Of a stretch of 64,000 nt of DNA, positions 8,484 through 19,000 are shown one piece after another. Within the stretch, counting starts at the first letter, position 1, and every line of letters begins with the position of its first letter. The position numbers and the translations under genes are program-made. The notes under the pieces are model-generated. The model was not told the DNA's origin and did no database searches. It saw only the letters and a program-made list of their open reading frames with translations. The stretch spans positions 64,001-128,000 of the forward strand of contig CAVQRT010000002.1 of assembly GCA_963715195.1 (NCBI GenBank), in the 5' to 3' direction. The stretch comes from Thermodesulfovibrionales bacterium. Its GTDB lineage: Bacteria > Nitrospirota > Thermodesulfovibrionia > Thermodesulfovibrionales > SM23-35.

Positions 8484-9992
8484 ATGAGATTATTCAGACG
8501 CGCTATTTTTGTGCTTGCGTGCTTACTTCTCTCCTCCACACATGACTCGTCAGCTTCAGAGGAAACACACAAGCAAGCTTTGCTCAGTCAACAGACACAG
8601 GGCTGCATTGGCTGTCACAGCATGTATACGCCTGGGATTGTGCATGACTGGATGACAAGCAGGCACTCGAAGACAATTCCGGGGGACGCAATCAAAAAAT
8701 CCCCTCTTGAAAAACGAATCTCTGCCATGAGTCTTCCGCAGACTCTTCAGGACTATTCCGTCGGCTGCTATGAATGCCATAGCCTGAATCCTAATATCCA
8801 CAAGGATAACTTCAACCATATGGGGTATAACATAAATATCGTGGTCACCCCGAATGATTGCAAAACCTGTCATCCCTCAGAGGTACAACAGTTTGCGGGC
8901 TCAAAAAAGTCATACGCCTATAACAATCTCATGGGTAATCCCGTTTACTATACACTCGTGAGCACCATAACCGGTATGAGGAGATTTAAGGAGAATCAAC
9001 TTTTTGCTGAAAAGCCTTCTGACGCGACACTGCACGAGACCTGCCTTGGATGCCACGGCACCAAGGTGGAGTCGAAAGGACTGAAAACCGTTTCAACCAA
9101 AATAGGAGATCTGCAGTTCCCTGACCTGACAAACTGGCCCAACCAGGGCGTTGGCAGGATAAATCCCGATGGGAGTACCGGAGCCTGCACGGCCTGTCAC
9201 CCGAGACATGGCTTTTTAATCGAGGTCGCTCGAAAGCCCTACACCTGTTCACAGTGTCACCTTGAACCCGATGTCCCAGCGTGGAACGTTTACCGGGAGA
9301 GTAAGCACGGGAACATCTATTCCTCAAAATATCAGCAGTGGAATTTTGATTCCGTGCCGTGGGTCATCGGTAAGGATTTTAATGCGCCAACATGTGCGAC
9401 CTGTCATAACAGCCTCGTTGTTTCTCCAGACAAAACCGTTGTCGCCGAAAGGACACATAATTTTGGGGCACGGTTATGGGTCAGGCTCTTCGGGCTTATT
9501 TACAGTCATCCGCAACCAAAGTCAGGTGATACAACTATAATCAAGAACAAAGATGGACTTCCATTACCTGTGACATTTGCCGGTGAACCGGCATCAGAAT
9601 ACCTGATCGACAATTCCGAACAGGCCAACCGTATGACTGTCATGAGCGGCATCTGTAGAAATTGCCACGGGTCGAGGTGGACGAATAGCCATTTTACAAA
9701 ACTGGACAGCACCATCAAGGAGACGAATGGCATGACTGCTACAGCAACAAATCTGATGGCTGAGGCATGGGAAAAGGGAATCGAAGATAAGACTAACCCG
9801 TTCGATGAGTCTTTGGAGCAGATGTGGGCCAGTCAGTGGCTGTTTTACTGCAACTCGATACGGTATGCCTCGGCCATGACCGGCGCACCAGATTATGCTT
9901 CTTTCAAAAATGGCTGGTGGTACCTCAATAGAAATCTGCAGCATATGCAGAACTGGATGGAATTCAAAAAAGAAGTCAACGAGAAGGACTAA
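8484..9992 (+). CDS. Periplasmic octaheme cytochrome c, hydroxylamine oxidoreductase (HAO) family
   Basis: Signal peptide; eight CxxCH motifs (CIGCH, CYECH, CKTCH, CLGCH, CTACH, CSQCH, CATCH, CRNCH); GRINPDGS, ESKHG. Confidence 0.88.
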   Translation: MRLFRRAIFVLACLLLSSTHDSSASEETHKQALLSQQTQGCIGCHSMYTPGIVHDWMTSRHSKTIPGDAIKKSPLEKRISAMSLPQTLQDYSVGCYECHSLNPNIHKDNFNHMGYNINIVVTPNDCKTCHPSEVQQFAGSKKSYAYNNLMGNPVYYTLVSTITGMRRFKENQLFAEKPSDATLHETCLGCHGTKVESKGLKTVSTKIGDLQFPDLTNWPNQGVGRINPDGSTGACTACHPRHGFLIEVARKPYTCSQCHLEPDVPAWNVYRESKHGNIYSSKYQQWNFDSVPWVIGKDFNAPTCATCHNSLVVSPDKTVVAERTHNFGARLWVRLFGLIYSHPQPKSGDTTIIKNKDGLPLPVTFAGEPASEYLIDNSEQANRMTVMSGICRNCHGSRWTNSHFTKLDSTIKETNGMTATATNLMAEAWEKGIEDKTNPFDESLEQMWASQWLFYCNSIRYASAMTGAPDYASFKNGWWYLNRNLQHMQNWMEFKKEVNEKD

Positions 9993-10574
9993 ATGAAGGT
10001 TATCGCATTCCTGGGAAGTCCGCGGGAAGGCGGGAATACAGAGCTGCTCCTGAAAGAGGCTCGAAAAGGCATTGAAGAATCCGGCTTCAAAACACACGTC
10101 TTTCCTTTGAGTACGATGAACATAATGCCCTGCCAGAATTGTGGGGGGTGTGACGACACTGGCATCTGTATTTATGAAGATGATATGGGGCAGATTTATG
10201 AGGCCATCAGAACGTGCGACAGGATCATTCTGGCGTCTCCGATCTTCTTTTCCGCCCTCAGTGCACAGACAAAAATGATGGTAGACCGATGCCAGGCATT
10301 CTGGTGCGAGAAATATCTCCTGAAAAAACCGATCCCTCCGGGGATATATGGCCGGAAAGGACTCTTGCTGTTGGTCGGCGGGATGGTGAAAGAAATCGGG
10401 ACGCAGGGCATGCAGTGCGCCGAGAGATCTGCGAAGGCTTTCTTCAGAACAGTCAGCGTCCCGGGACATAAAACATTAAATTACACAGGAGTTGATGCAA
10501 AAGGTGCGATACTGAAACATCCCACGGCATTGAAGGATGCCTATGAGGCAGGAAAAGAACTGGTAAAGGGGTAA
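9993..10574 (+). CDS. Iron-sulfur flavoprotein / flavodoxin family (FMN reductase-like)
   Basis: GSPREGGNT, CQNCGGCx5C, LASPIFF, DRCQ. Confidence 0.88.
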   Translation: MKVIAFLGSPREGGNTELLLKEARKGIEESGFKTHVFPLSTMNIMPCQNCGGCDDTGICIYEDDMGQIYEAIRTCDRIILASPIFFSALSAQTKMMVDRCQAFWCEKYLLKKPIPPGIYGRKGLLLLVGGMVKEIGTQGMQCAERSAKAFFRTVSVPGHKTLNYTGVDAKGAILKHPTALKDAYEAGKELVKG

Positions 10575-10667
10575 TGGGTATCCTGTTATTTTTTCAATAA
10601 AGGCCTTTGCGGATCGGAATGTATAAAGTTAAAGTGCGGTTAAAGATTCTAAGAAATAGTGTCTTCC

Positions 10668-11087
10668 TCAAATGTTCTTTTTAGCTTCTTCTGTCAATAA
10701 CGACAATCGCTTATGCCTTGCCTCCAGGGTTTTTTGGACTAAAGTTTCTATATCCGCAGGTTTTTCCATATAATCCATGGCACCCTCTTTCATTGCATGA
10801 ACAGCATCTTCAGTTGTACCCTGACCTGTGAGAATAATAACAGGCAAATTAGGATAGTTCTTCTTAATATTCCTTAAGACTTCCATACCTCCCATTCCAG
10901 GCATAATAAGATCAAGAATAACAATATTGTAATTTTTACCCTTCACTTTTTCTAACGCTTCCTCACCGTTGTCAACAGTATCCGCTTTAAGGCCACGTGC
11001 CTCGAACCTTTGAGAGAGTATTTTAAGAAAATCTGCATCATCATCGACTAAGAGAATATCTGGTTTCATTTCATCTGATGAATCCAT
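10668..11087 (-). CDS. Single-domain response regulator (receiver)
   Basis: ILLVDDD, LDLIMPGMGG, IILTG, EKP. Confidence 0.9.
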   Translation of the reverse strand: MDSSDEMKPDILLVDDDADFLKILSQRFEARGLKADTVDNGEEALEKVKGKNYNIVILDLIMPGMGGMEVLRNIKKNYPNLPVIILTGQGTTEDAVHAMKEGAMDYMEKPADIETLVQKTLEARHKRLSLLTEEAKKNI

Positions 11088-11208
11088 ATATTACCTCCTT
11101 CATTACTATCGTCACTTTATTTATTATTGACTATTTTACTATAGATACATTTTTGAAACTACTCATGGTCTCAATGTCACTAATTTTGTCCAATCACCGC
11201 TGAAGATC

Positions 11209-11264
11209 TGCAGCCGCAGCCTTTAGGCTGTGCCAATCAGCGCAGGCTGAAGCCTGCGGCTACA
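11209..11264. repeat. REP-like palindrome doublet (GTAG type)
   Basis: TGCAGCCGCAGCCTTTAGGCTGTG and inverted CGCAGGCTGAAGCCTGCGGCTACA. Confidence 0.65.
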
Positions 11265-11285
11265 CAACACTTCACTGAATGATCC

Positions 11286-12179
11286 TCAATCTTCCACCCG
11301 TTTCCAACGCCTGTGTATCCAAAGCCATTCCGCGGGATGTTCCCGTATGTATGCCTCGATAAAACTGGAGAACCTCTCTGTATCGGCCTTGAGAGCCTTT
11401 TCCTTGTCATCATCACCGGAGAGTTCAATCTCCGGGTGCAATTTAATTTTATGCCCGTCCTTTTCTCTATGGATAAAAGCCGGGATAACAGATGCGCCGG
11501 TTTTTCGTGCGATGAGGGCCGGCATTTTTGTGGTCCAGGCCCCCCTCCCGAGGAAATCAATCACAAACCCTTCTTCAGAGATAACCGCCTGATCCATGAG
11601 GATACCTATACTGTCGTTATTCTTAAGTCCCTGCATAATAGATTTGAGAGCGTTTTTCTTGTAAATAACGCTGTTGCCATATTTTTTCCTGGTACGTTCA
11701 ACAAACTGATTTATATAAGGATTATTCAAAGGTCTTGCAACAATGGAAATAGGGGAAAACCTTACAGAAGCGGAAAGAGCGAGCAGCTCCCAGTTGCCGC
11801 AGTGCCCGGTTATCAACAGAACCCCTTTCCCCTTTGCCCGTGCTGCTTGCAGATGCTCTATGCCTTCGAAATGAACACCGTCTATAATCTTACGCCCCAA
11901 TCCGAAGTAGATTTTGATGACCTCCGCAAGAGACCTTCCGAGGTTTCTGAAGTTATCCCTGATTGCTGCTTCGACCGGTACCGGGATGGTGAGGGCATGA
12001 ACTGCCACCGTTTTTGCAAGATTCCCGATGGCGATTCTTCGCCTGCTTCCCCACAGATAAAAAAGCAAAAGGCCGAGAACTTCCCCGGCCTTCAATGCCC
12101 ATTTCAACGGCAGGACCGCCAACGGTATGGACAGGAGTATCGAAAGACCTGTCTCAATCAGCCATACCGCTCTTTTCAT
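11286..12179 (-). CDS. Lipid A biosynthesis acyltransferase (LpxL/HtrB family)
   Basis: TGHCGNWE, ILMDQ, IREHPAEWLWIHRRWK. Confidence 0.9.
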   Translation of the reverse strand: MKRAVWLIETGLSILLSIPLAVLPLKWALKAGEVLGLLLFYLWGSRRRIAIGNLAKTVAVHALTIPVPVEAAIRDNFRNLGRSLAEVIKIYFGLGRKIIDGVHFEGIEHLQAARAKGKGVLLITGHCGNWELLALSASVRFSPISIVARPLNNPYINQFVERTRKKYGNSVIYKKNALKSIMQGLKNNDSIGILMDQAVISEEGFVIDFLGRGAWTTKMPALIARKTGASVIPAFIHREKDGHKIKLHPEIELSGDDDKEKALKADTERFSSFIEAYIREHPAEWLWIHRRWKRVED

Positions 12180-14610
12180 TATCCTTTCGTTTTTCTTTGC
12201 CCTCTTCCTCTTTCTCCCCTTCTTTTTCCTTCTTCTTTTCCATCGACTGGGCGATTTCGGTAAGACGTTTTACGACAAGGTAATTAATTGTGCCTGCCGG
12301 ATAGGTTCCGTCATCAGCGGGTTCCCCGACCTTCATACCCGTGAGGAGCTCAAGCCCTTCGTCAACCTTGCGGATTGGATAAATGAAAAACTTATCTTCC
12401 TTCACGGCATCAACGACATCCTTTTTTAGCATAAGATTTTTGACATTCCGCGCAGGGATGATAACTCCATGACTTCCATCGAGTCCGGTCACCCGGCAGA
12501 GGTCGAAGAAACCTTCGATCTTCTCATTGATTCCACCAACCGGCTGGACATCTCCGTTCTGGTCCATGGACCCGGTGACAGCGATATTCTGCCTTAAGGG
12601 TACTCGTGCAATGCTGCTCAGGAGGGCATAGAGTTCGGCACAGGACGCGCTGTCACCTTCCACCATATCATAGAGCTGCTCGAACGTGATCGATGCAGTC
12701 AGGCTTATCGGTTTATGTACCGCGTATCTGCTGCCAAGATAATTCGAGATAATGAGGATGGCCTTCTCGTGGATCTTGCCGCTCATCTTTGTTTCCCGCT
12801 CGATATTCACAACCCCTGCCTTGCCTGCATATGCACTGGCTGTAATCCTCGACGGTTTCCCGAAGCGGTAATCACCCAAATCAAGCACCGCAAGCCCGTT
12901 GATTTGCCCTGTTTTCTCGCCTGATGTCTCTACAATGAGGGTCCCTTCGAGGATCATTTCCCTCAGCCGTTCCTCGATTCTGTTTGTCCTGAAAATCTTT
13001 TCCTCTACGGCCTTCTGAACATGCTCCCCATCAACAACTGCGTTCCCGGCTTTTGATGCCCAGTAACTGGCCTCCCTCAGGACGTCTGCTATGTCGCTGA
13101 ACCGTGCCGATAATTTATTCTGGTGCTCCGCGAGCCGTGAACTGAGTTCTATCACCTTCGCCGCGCCTGACCTGTCGATGGGCAGAAGATTCTCCTCCTT
13201 GCAAAGGGTAGCAATAAAATAAGCATATTTGCGAACATTCTCTTCGTTTCTGATCATCCTGCTGTCGAAATCCGCCTTCACCTTGAACAGCTCCCGGTAT
13301 TCTTCATCAAGATTGTAGAGGAGATAATAAAGATATGGATTCCCGATGAGTATCACCTTGATATCGAGCGGTATTGCCTCAGGCTTGAGCGTCGTTGTCG
13401 ATATCAGCCGGTACTGTTCCCACACGTCTTCTATCTTCACCTCCCGGTCCCTGATCGCCCGTTTCAGTGAATCGTATGCAAATATGTTGCGCAGAAGATC
13501 AAGCGCATTGATAACAAGATACCCTCCATTTGCCTTATGCAGAGAGCCGGCTTTGATCATCGAAAAATCCGTCAAAGCAAGCCCGTACTGTATTTTATGC
13601 TCTATCCTGCCGAAGAGGTCATAATACGTCGGATTAGTCTCAAAGATACAGGGAGCCCCTTTGCAGTCCTTATTGTTTACGAGAACATTGACGGTATATC
13701 TCGTGAAAGTAGGCTCAGTCTTCTGGAGTTTCATGAACGGTACTTGTTGCGGCTGTTCTTCCTGAACCTTGAAATCATCAAGATGTTCAAGGATGTCTTC
13801 CTTTGCTTCATCAAGGTATAGGGTAATCCTCTCGTGTCCCTTGTACTTGCTCTTCAGTTCATCAACGAGATGCCCGACTGCGGAGAGCGCAGCCTCTTTT
13901 TCAAGCTTTCTTATTATTTCCTTGACCAGTTTGTCTTTTTCACGAACCATGCGGACAACATCATTCAGTTTCTCCTGGAGATGTTTGCCGATCTCATCAA
14001 GCTTATTCCTCGTTTTTTCATCAAGCTGTTCGTATTCTTCCTCTGTCAGCGGCTCCCCGGTCTTTTTCACCGGGACAATGACCAGCCCGCTTACGGTCTT
14101 ACGCACCAGGAAGCCTTTTTCCTGTGCCTCTTCCTCGAGGCCGGTAAAGATTTCCTTTTGCTTCCTTTGGGCGTCTTCGATGATGGTATTCTTCTGCTTT
14201 TCGTATTCTTTTGATTCAAAGGCCTTCGGAATTTCAACCTTCAGGATTTTTACCACCTCTTCCATATCTTTTTGGAATATAACCGCCTGCCCGGGAGGAA
14301 GGGAGATGGCTAAGGGAGCATCGGGATCCTTAAAATTGTAGACATAACACCAGTCCTGAGGCACGGGTTCTTTCATGGCTTTTTGACTGAGGAATGATTT
14401 GACGGTTGTCATCTTGCCAGTGCCGCACTCCCCGAGGATGAAAATATTAAAACCCCTGCTTTCGAGGCTCAGGCCGAAATCAAGGGAATGAAGAGCACGT
14501 TCCTGGCCTATCGTTTCTTTAAAATCCGGCAGATCATTTGTTGTTGCGAAATCAAAGACAGAAGGATCACAAAACCCAGACAGCTCATCATGTCGCAGTT
14601 TTTCCGGCAT
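12154..14610 (-). CDS. Lon-like protease (LonC type, AAA-like + S16 domain)
   Basis: GECGTGKMT, KAGSLHKANGG, VEGDSAS, GGINEKIEGFF; probable start MPEKLR at 14610. Confidence 0.9.
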   Translation of the reverse strand: MPEKLRHDELSGFCDPSVFDFATTNDLPDFKETIGQERALHSLDFGLSLESRGFNIFILGECGTGKMTTVKSFLSQKAMKEPVPQDWCYVYNFKDPDAPLAISLPPGQAVIFQKDMEEVVKILKVEIPKAFESKEYEKQKNTIIEDAQRKQKEIFTGLEEEAQEKGFLVRKTVSGLVIVPVKKTGEPLTEEEYEQLDEKTRNKLDEIGKHLQEKLNDVVRMVREKDKLVKEIIRKLEKEAALSAVGHLVDELKSKYKGHERITLYLDEAKEDILEHLDDFKVQEEQPQQVPFMKLQKTEPTFTRYTVNVLVNNKDCKGAPCIFETNPTYYDLFGRIEHKIQYGLALTDFSMIKAGSLHKANGGYLVINALDLLRNIFAYDSLKRAIRDREVKIEDVWEQYRLISTTTLKPEAIPLDIKVILIGNPYLYYLLYNLDEEYRELFKVKADFDSRMIRNEENVRKYAYFIATLCKEENLLPIDRSGAAKVIELSSRLAEHQNKLSARFSDIADVLREASYWASKAGNAVVDGEHVQKAVEEKIFRTNRIEERLREMILEGTLIVETSGEKTGQINGLAVLDLGDYRFGKPSRITASAYAGKAGVVNIERETKMSGKIHEKAILIISNYLGSRYAVHKPISLTASITFEQLYDMVEGDSASCAELYALLSSIARVPLRQNIAVTGSMDQNGDVQPVGGINEKIEGFFDLCRVTGLDGSHGVIIPARNVKNLMLKKDVVDAVKEDKFFIYPIRKVDEGLELLTGMKVGEPADDGTYPAGTINYLVVKRLTEIAQSMEKKKEKEGEKEEEGKEKRKDNEKSGMAD

Positions 14611-14712
14611 ACGAAACCTCCGAATTGGAATAAACGCAGATAGCACAGTTTACACATTTTACATGCCGGATGCAACATGCCGGCACCCTCTGGGTGAAAA
14701 GATTTCTTTTTC

Positions 14713-15432
14713 CTATTTGCTTCTTTGATGGGTGAGATATGGAAGAAACATATAGCGGATTTCTTCGAGTGATTTTTCTATGACGAACGGCAGCGTTTGA
14801 GCAAAGACATCGAGGATGGTCAGAGAATTAACCGCTACATCCTTGTCGCAGGTACACTGCAGTCGTTTAAACATTGCACCATTGAGAATCTGAATGTTCT
14901 CATAGATTTTTTTCAGTCCCTCGAGGTCAAAGTCGGCTTCCTGTCCTTCTTTCCGGAGGAAATATTGGGCCAGAAGATACATTGAAGAGGCTCTGTATAT
15001 TGTCTCCTCTGCACTCGCGAGGGGCAGGTGGAAGCGGGCCATGGGCTTGAAGAATTCCATATGGGGGCAGCCGCTCGTGGCCATGATCAGGCCCATAACC
15101 GAACTCAGGCTTTTCTGGGCACTCGTCTCTTTCGAGATAGTGCGTTGTGGGGTGATAATGTCAACATGAACCGTTTCATAAGATAACAGGGTCTGAAACA
15201 TCTTCAGGAGTTTTACCAGATGAAGCGCTATCGGACAATTCGGATCACTTCGAACATCCAGGAGACAGTTTGTACACTGACAGAAATCAAGTTTTGCCCA
15301 GAAAGGGATTCTCTTTGGAATATCATTCATGAGGGCAAGGGTTACAGGATCGAGATGCAGGTCGATAATCTCCTGCTGAGCGTCAGGAAGCCTAAAAAGG
15401 TATCGAATGTCTATAGTATCCATGTTATTCAC
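14713..15432 (-). CDS. Conserved hypothetical protein (DUF6901-like, Cys-containing)
   Basis: WAKLDFCQCTNC...CPIA...MATSGCPHMEFFKPMARFHLPLA; family assignment from memory. Confidence 0.6.
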   Translation of the reverse strand: MNNMDTIDIRYLFRLPDAQQEIIDLHLDPVTLALMNDIPKRIPFWAKLDFCQCTNCLLDVRSDPNCPIALHLVKLLKMFQTLLSYETVHVDIITPQRTISKETSAQKSLSSVMGLIMATSGCPHMEFFKPMARFHLPLASAEETIYRASSMYLLAQYFLRKEGQEADFDLEGLKKIYENIQILNGAMFKRLQCTCDKDVAVNSLTILDVFAQTLPFVIEKSLEEIRYMFLPYLTHQRSK

Positions 15433-15463
15433 AAATTAACATCCAGCGGAGTTGTTTCTAATA

Positions 15464-15491
15464 AGCAGGCCGACCGAGAGGTCGGCCTGCT
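15464..15491. terminator. Strong hairpin, probable terminator or RNA stability element
   Basis: AGCAGGCCGACC-GAGA-GGTCGGCCTGCT, perfect 12-bp stem. Confidence 0.6.
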
Positions 15492-15601
15492 GTAATGCAA
15501 TCGCCTGTGATTAACCCCGAGTAAATTTTGACATAAGTCCTATTCATTTTCTCCGGTTCCGAATTAAGACTTTCAGAACAATCAGCAACTCTCTTATTCG
15601 C

Positions 15602-15898
15602 CTACCAGCAATATCTTTTTACCCCCAATTACCACGCAAGGGTCATCATCCTTTAACAGTTAGTATCGCCGACCTCACTATGTCTTGTATTGCATCTGTT
15701 ACTTCATTCTTGCCCTCAGGCACCATTTCTGTCTATTTCATCGCATCTGTCACGCCCGTAACGTTGCCTTTGTCGTCAAAATTCACATACGAAACGAAAA
15801 CTCACCTTCTTGTTTGCCCCCGCCCATGAATGGCTAACGGATCCTAACAAAATTACGACTCCCATGATGATTAGAAGAATGACTGTAAACTTTTTCAT
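15602..15898 (-). pseudogene. Small secreted protein, broken by indels and a stop
   Basis: SD AGGAGG then MKKFTVILLIIMGVVILLGSVSHSWA; continues in shifted frames as ...VNFDDKGNVTGVTDA...DDPCVVIGGK..YCW*. Confidence 0.55.
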
Positions 15899-16037
15899 TG
15901 AAACCCTCCTTTTTGCATGCTACAGGTTTTTCCAGTTTTCACAGGCTTTTTTGCTTCACCATCACCCCTCTGGTTACAGATAAAGAATTAGCTATCACCT
16001 CCTTTCTTCTGAATCTAGCAAGATATATCCCTCACCT

Positions 16038-19000
16038 TTAAAATGCCAGAGTGAATTTGGCAAATACAGCCCGTTCCGGTTGTATCGACGGGTTCGCAAG
16101 ATCTAGGTCCTGATACTGAAAAGACTGATTGAAAAGGTTTCGCGCATCAATCATGATGATACCCATTCTTTTTGGCAGACGGTAGCTGACTGAAGCATCC
16201 GTTATCCAGAAATTGTCGGTTCCGGATACAATAGCCCCAGCCGGTCTCTGAAGCTTAAATTTCCCTTCCTGGTCAATGTATGTCGTTTTCACTCTTGCAC
16301 TGAATCCCGAAGGATGTGCAAAGGTTATTGCAAACGGGAAACGGTTCGTTCTTACATGGTTCAAAGTATCTCCGGATCGTCTCTATCATTTTCCTTTTTC
16401 TCATACTGATACGCTGCGCTGAGCGCTATCCACTGAGAGGCGTCCAGTAAAGATAGCCCCTGCCAAACCATTCATTCCCCTCAAGATGCTTTACCCCTGT
16501 GCCAGCTTCGGTCGCAATAAAGTCGGGTATTCCAAATCCCTTTGTGAGTACTCTAACCCCCCGTAAATATTCTTCAAAACTTTCTGATCTATGGCAACGC
16601 CGTATCGCCATGCTTCAGTCGCACCGTCGTCGTCGTAGAACTGATTGAACCCGGCCACCTGCGTCGGCTCAAGCGTCTGTTCTGTCGGAAGAGTTCGTCT
16701 GAGCGTTCTGAAGGCAGCTGCCCTGAGCGTGGTTGCCGGTAGGGGGTTCCACATAACGCCGAATTTCGGGTTGAACTGATCGTATCTTCTACCTCACTGT
16801 CAAAGAAATCCGCACTTCCGCCGATGGTCCACTTCACCGTTTTTGGATAATTGATATACGAATATACGTAAAGATTGGTGTGTTCGGCATCAGAATCAAC
16901 AGTGTCGGTCACTTTAACGGGAAAAGGGGGTCCGCCAGGGATAAGAAATTCCAAATCAGTTTTGTCTTTCCTGTTTATGTCGAAATAGCCGATACCGCTC
17001 ACAAGTTTGATGTATTTGGTGCTCAACAGGTGTTGCAGCTCCCCGCTGTAGTCTTCTTCGCCGTCAGTCTGTACACTGAACTTTGTCTGAGTAGGATCGC
17101 CAGGTTCAGGGTTAACATGCAAACTCGCGTCCCAATGTCTGTATATAAAGGAACCAAGGAGTGCAGAACCGGGTGAGAAGGCATGACGGAAACCAAATCT
17201 CATCGTTCGCTCCTCTTCATCCTGTCTGAGCGTCGGGAGATAATTATCCCTGCCGAAAAAAAGCGTGAGATCACCGTGATCAAAATCCCTCGATCTGAAC
17301 TCAGCCTGGACACTGGTCTTCGGAGTGAGCTCTACCTGAGCGAACAGGTTGTAAATGTTCTGCTTCTGATCGTTGTTCTCACGCCATCCGTTACTCTTGT
17401 AAAAGAACTGCCCGGCACTTATGGAGGCCTTACCCTGAACCGCCGCCACAGCAATCTCTTCCCCGAAGGTACTGTTCTCACCAATAATACTGCTTACCTG
17501 CAAGGAATACCTGTTCCGGTTGAAGAGCGGGTTGAATTCGTTGAATGAAAGGTCTGCTGGGCCTGCTCCCTCCAGGATGAACAGGTTACTCTCAGCGAGA
17601 TGGGGTTGCACAGGTGTAATGTTGATTGGCTGAAGCAATTGTGACTGAAGGAGTTCACTTACCCTCGCCATCTCATGTCGCGGCAGTGCTGAATATGAAT
17701 CCGCCAAAAACCTGTGTCCCGAAAAATCTGCCGGGTCACTATTCACCGATTTCCATCCCTCGATGAGGGCAAGATCCTGGAAACCGAGATTGCTATAGAT
17801 GCGTGCAAGGCTCGCGCTCCGTGCTGCAAGGTCTGCATCGAGAAGAAACTTCGAACGATAGACTGCCCTGTTGTCGTTCAGGTCGATCGCCTTCTGCATC
17901 TCCTGCAGTGCCTCCACCGGTCGGTTCTCTGTCTGTTTCTTGATGGCTTCGTAGAAGAACGGCGTCGGGTCTTGCGGATCAAACTCCTTTGCCATCTGAT
18001 ACTGGTCATTCGCCATCTTGTCCTGTTTCTCTTCGTAGTAAGCCTTCCCAAGGTAGCTCCTGAGGAGAGAGTTGTCGGGGTCGAGGCTGACGGCGATCTC
18101 GATGTCCTTCCGTCCTTCCTCAAGGCATCCCTTGCGGATCTTTGCGAGTCCGAGCCCAAGCCTCGGTAGCGGGGCTGCCTGATCCAGCTCGATCGCCTTC
18201 TCGAAGGCTGCCATGGACTCCTTTATCTTCACCTGGGTGAGGTATGCAAATCCCAGGACGGTCTGTGTCCTTGCGATGTTGGGATTCAACTCTACAGCCT
18301 TGTTTGCCGCTCTGAGGGATTCGTCAAGTCTTCCGAACGACTGTTGTATCTCGGCAAGTCTTGCCCACGCCAGGGCATTTTCAGGTTCAACTGTCACCGC
18401 CTCTTTCATGCTGTTGAGAGCTCCCTTCAGGTCAAAGCTCGCCTGTTGGGCATACGACATGGCTATATGAGCTGCTGCTGAATTCTTGTCCGCCTGCACC
18501 GCTTTTCCTGCCAGGTCAAGGGCCTTTTCCTTATCATTCTGTGTCACCGCAATGATTGACTGGAGAGAAAATGCCAGGCTGTTCTGGGGATCGAGCCTCA
18601 GGGCCTGCTCAATCTCTGCCTTTGCCACTTCAACACGGCCTACACGCAGAAGCGATGCTGCACGGTGTGTGTAGAACCGCGGATCGGTATCCTTCAATTC
18701 TTCAGGATATTCCCAGAGAACTGGTGGATAGTAAAGTGCCCATTGCACGGCATCACGCGGTCGCACCACGGTTTGTAAAACCGGAGCCTGATCTGCCTTT
18801 GCGATTGCGGATTGTCCGCTCGTTAACGTCAGGCTGCCTGCCTTGTTCTCGGCAAGTACCTTACCTTCGAATATCGAGAGGAATGTACTGTCATCATCGA
18901 CTCTCGCCAGGAATTCCGTGCCTTCGACTGTTCCGTTTACAAATGGCGTACTCACTTTCAACGTCCGCGGCCAACGGCTGAAGAATTTCACAGCCCCTTT

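Noticed and set aside
11313..12263. Long antisense ORFs (e.g. 11313-12263, 9594-10469, 28752-29600, 6896-7546)
   Set aside because: They lie opposite well-supported genes and carry no recognisable motifs.
15602..15800. TGA/TAG codons as possible selenocysteine or pyrrolysine recoding
   Set aside because: The region also needs frameshifts to read through, no SECIS-like hairpin is evident, and indel error explains it more simply.
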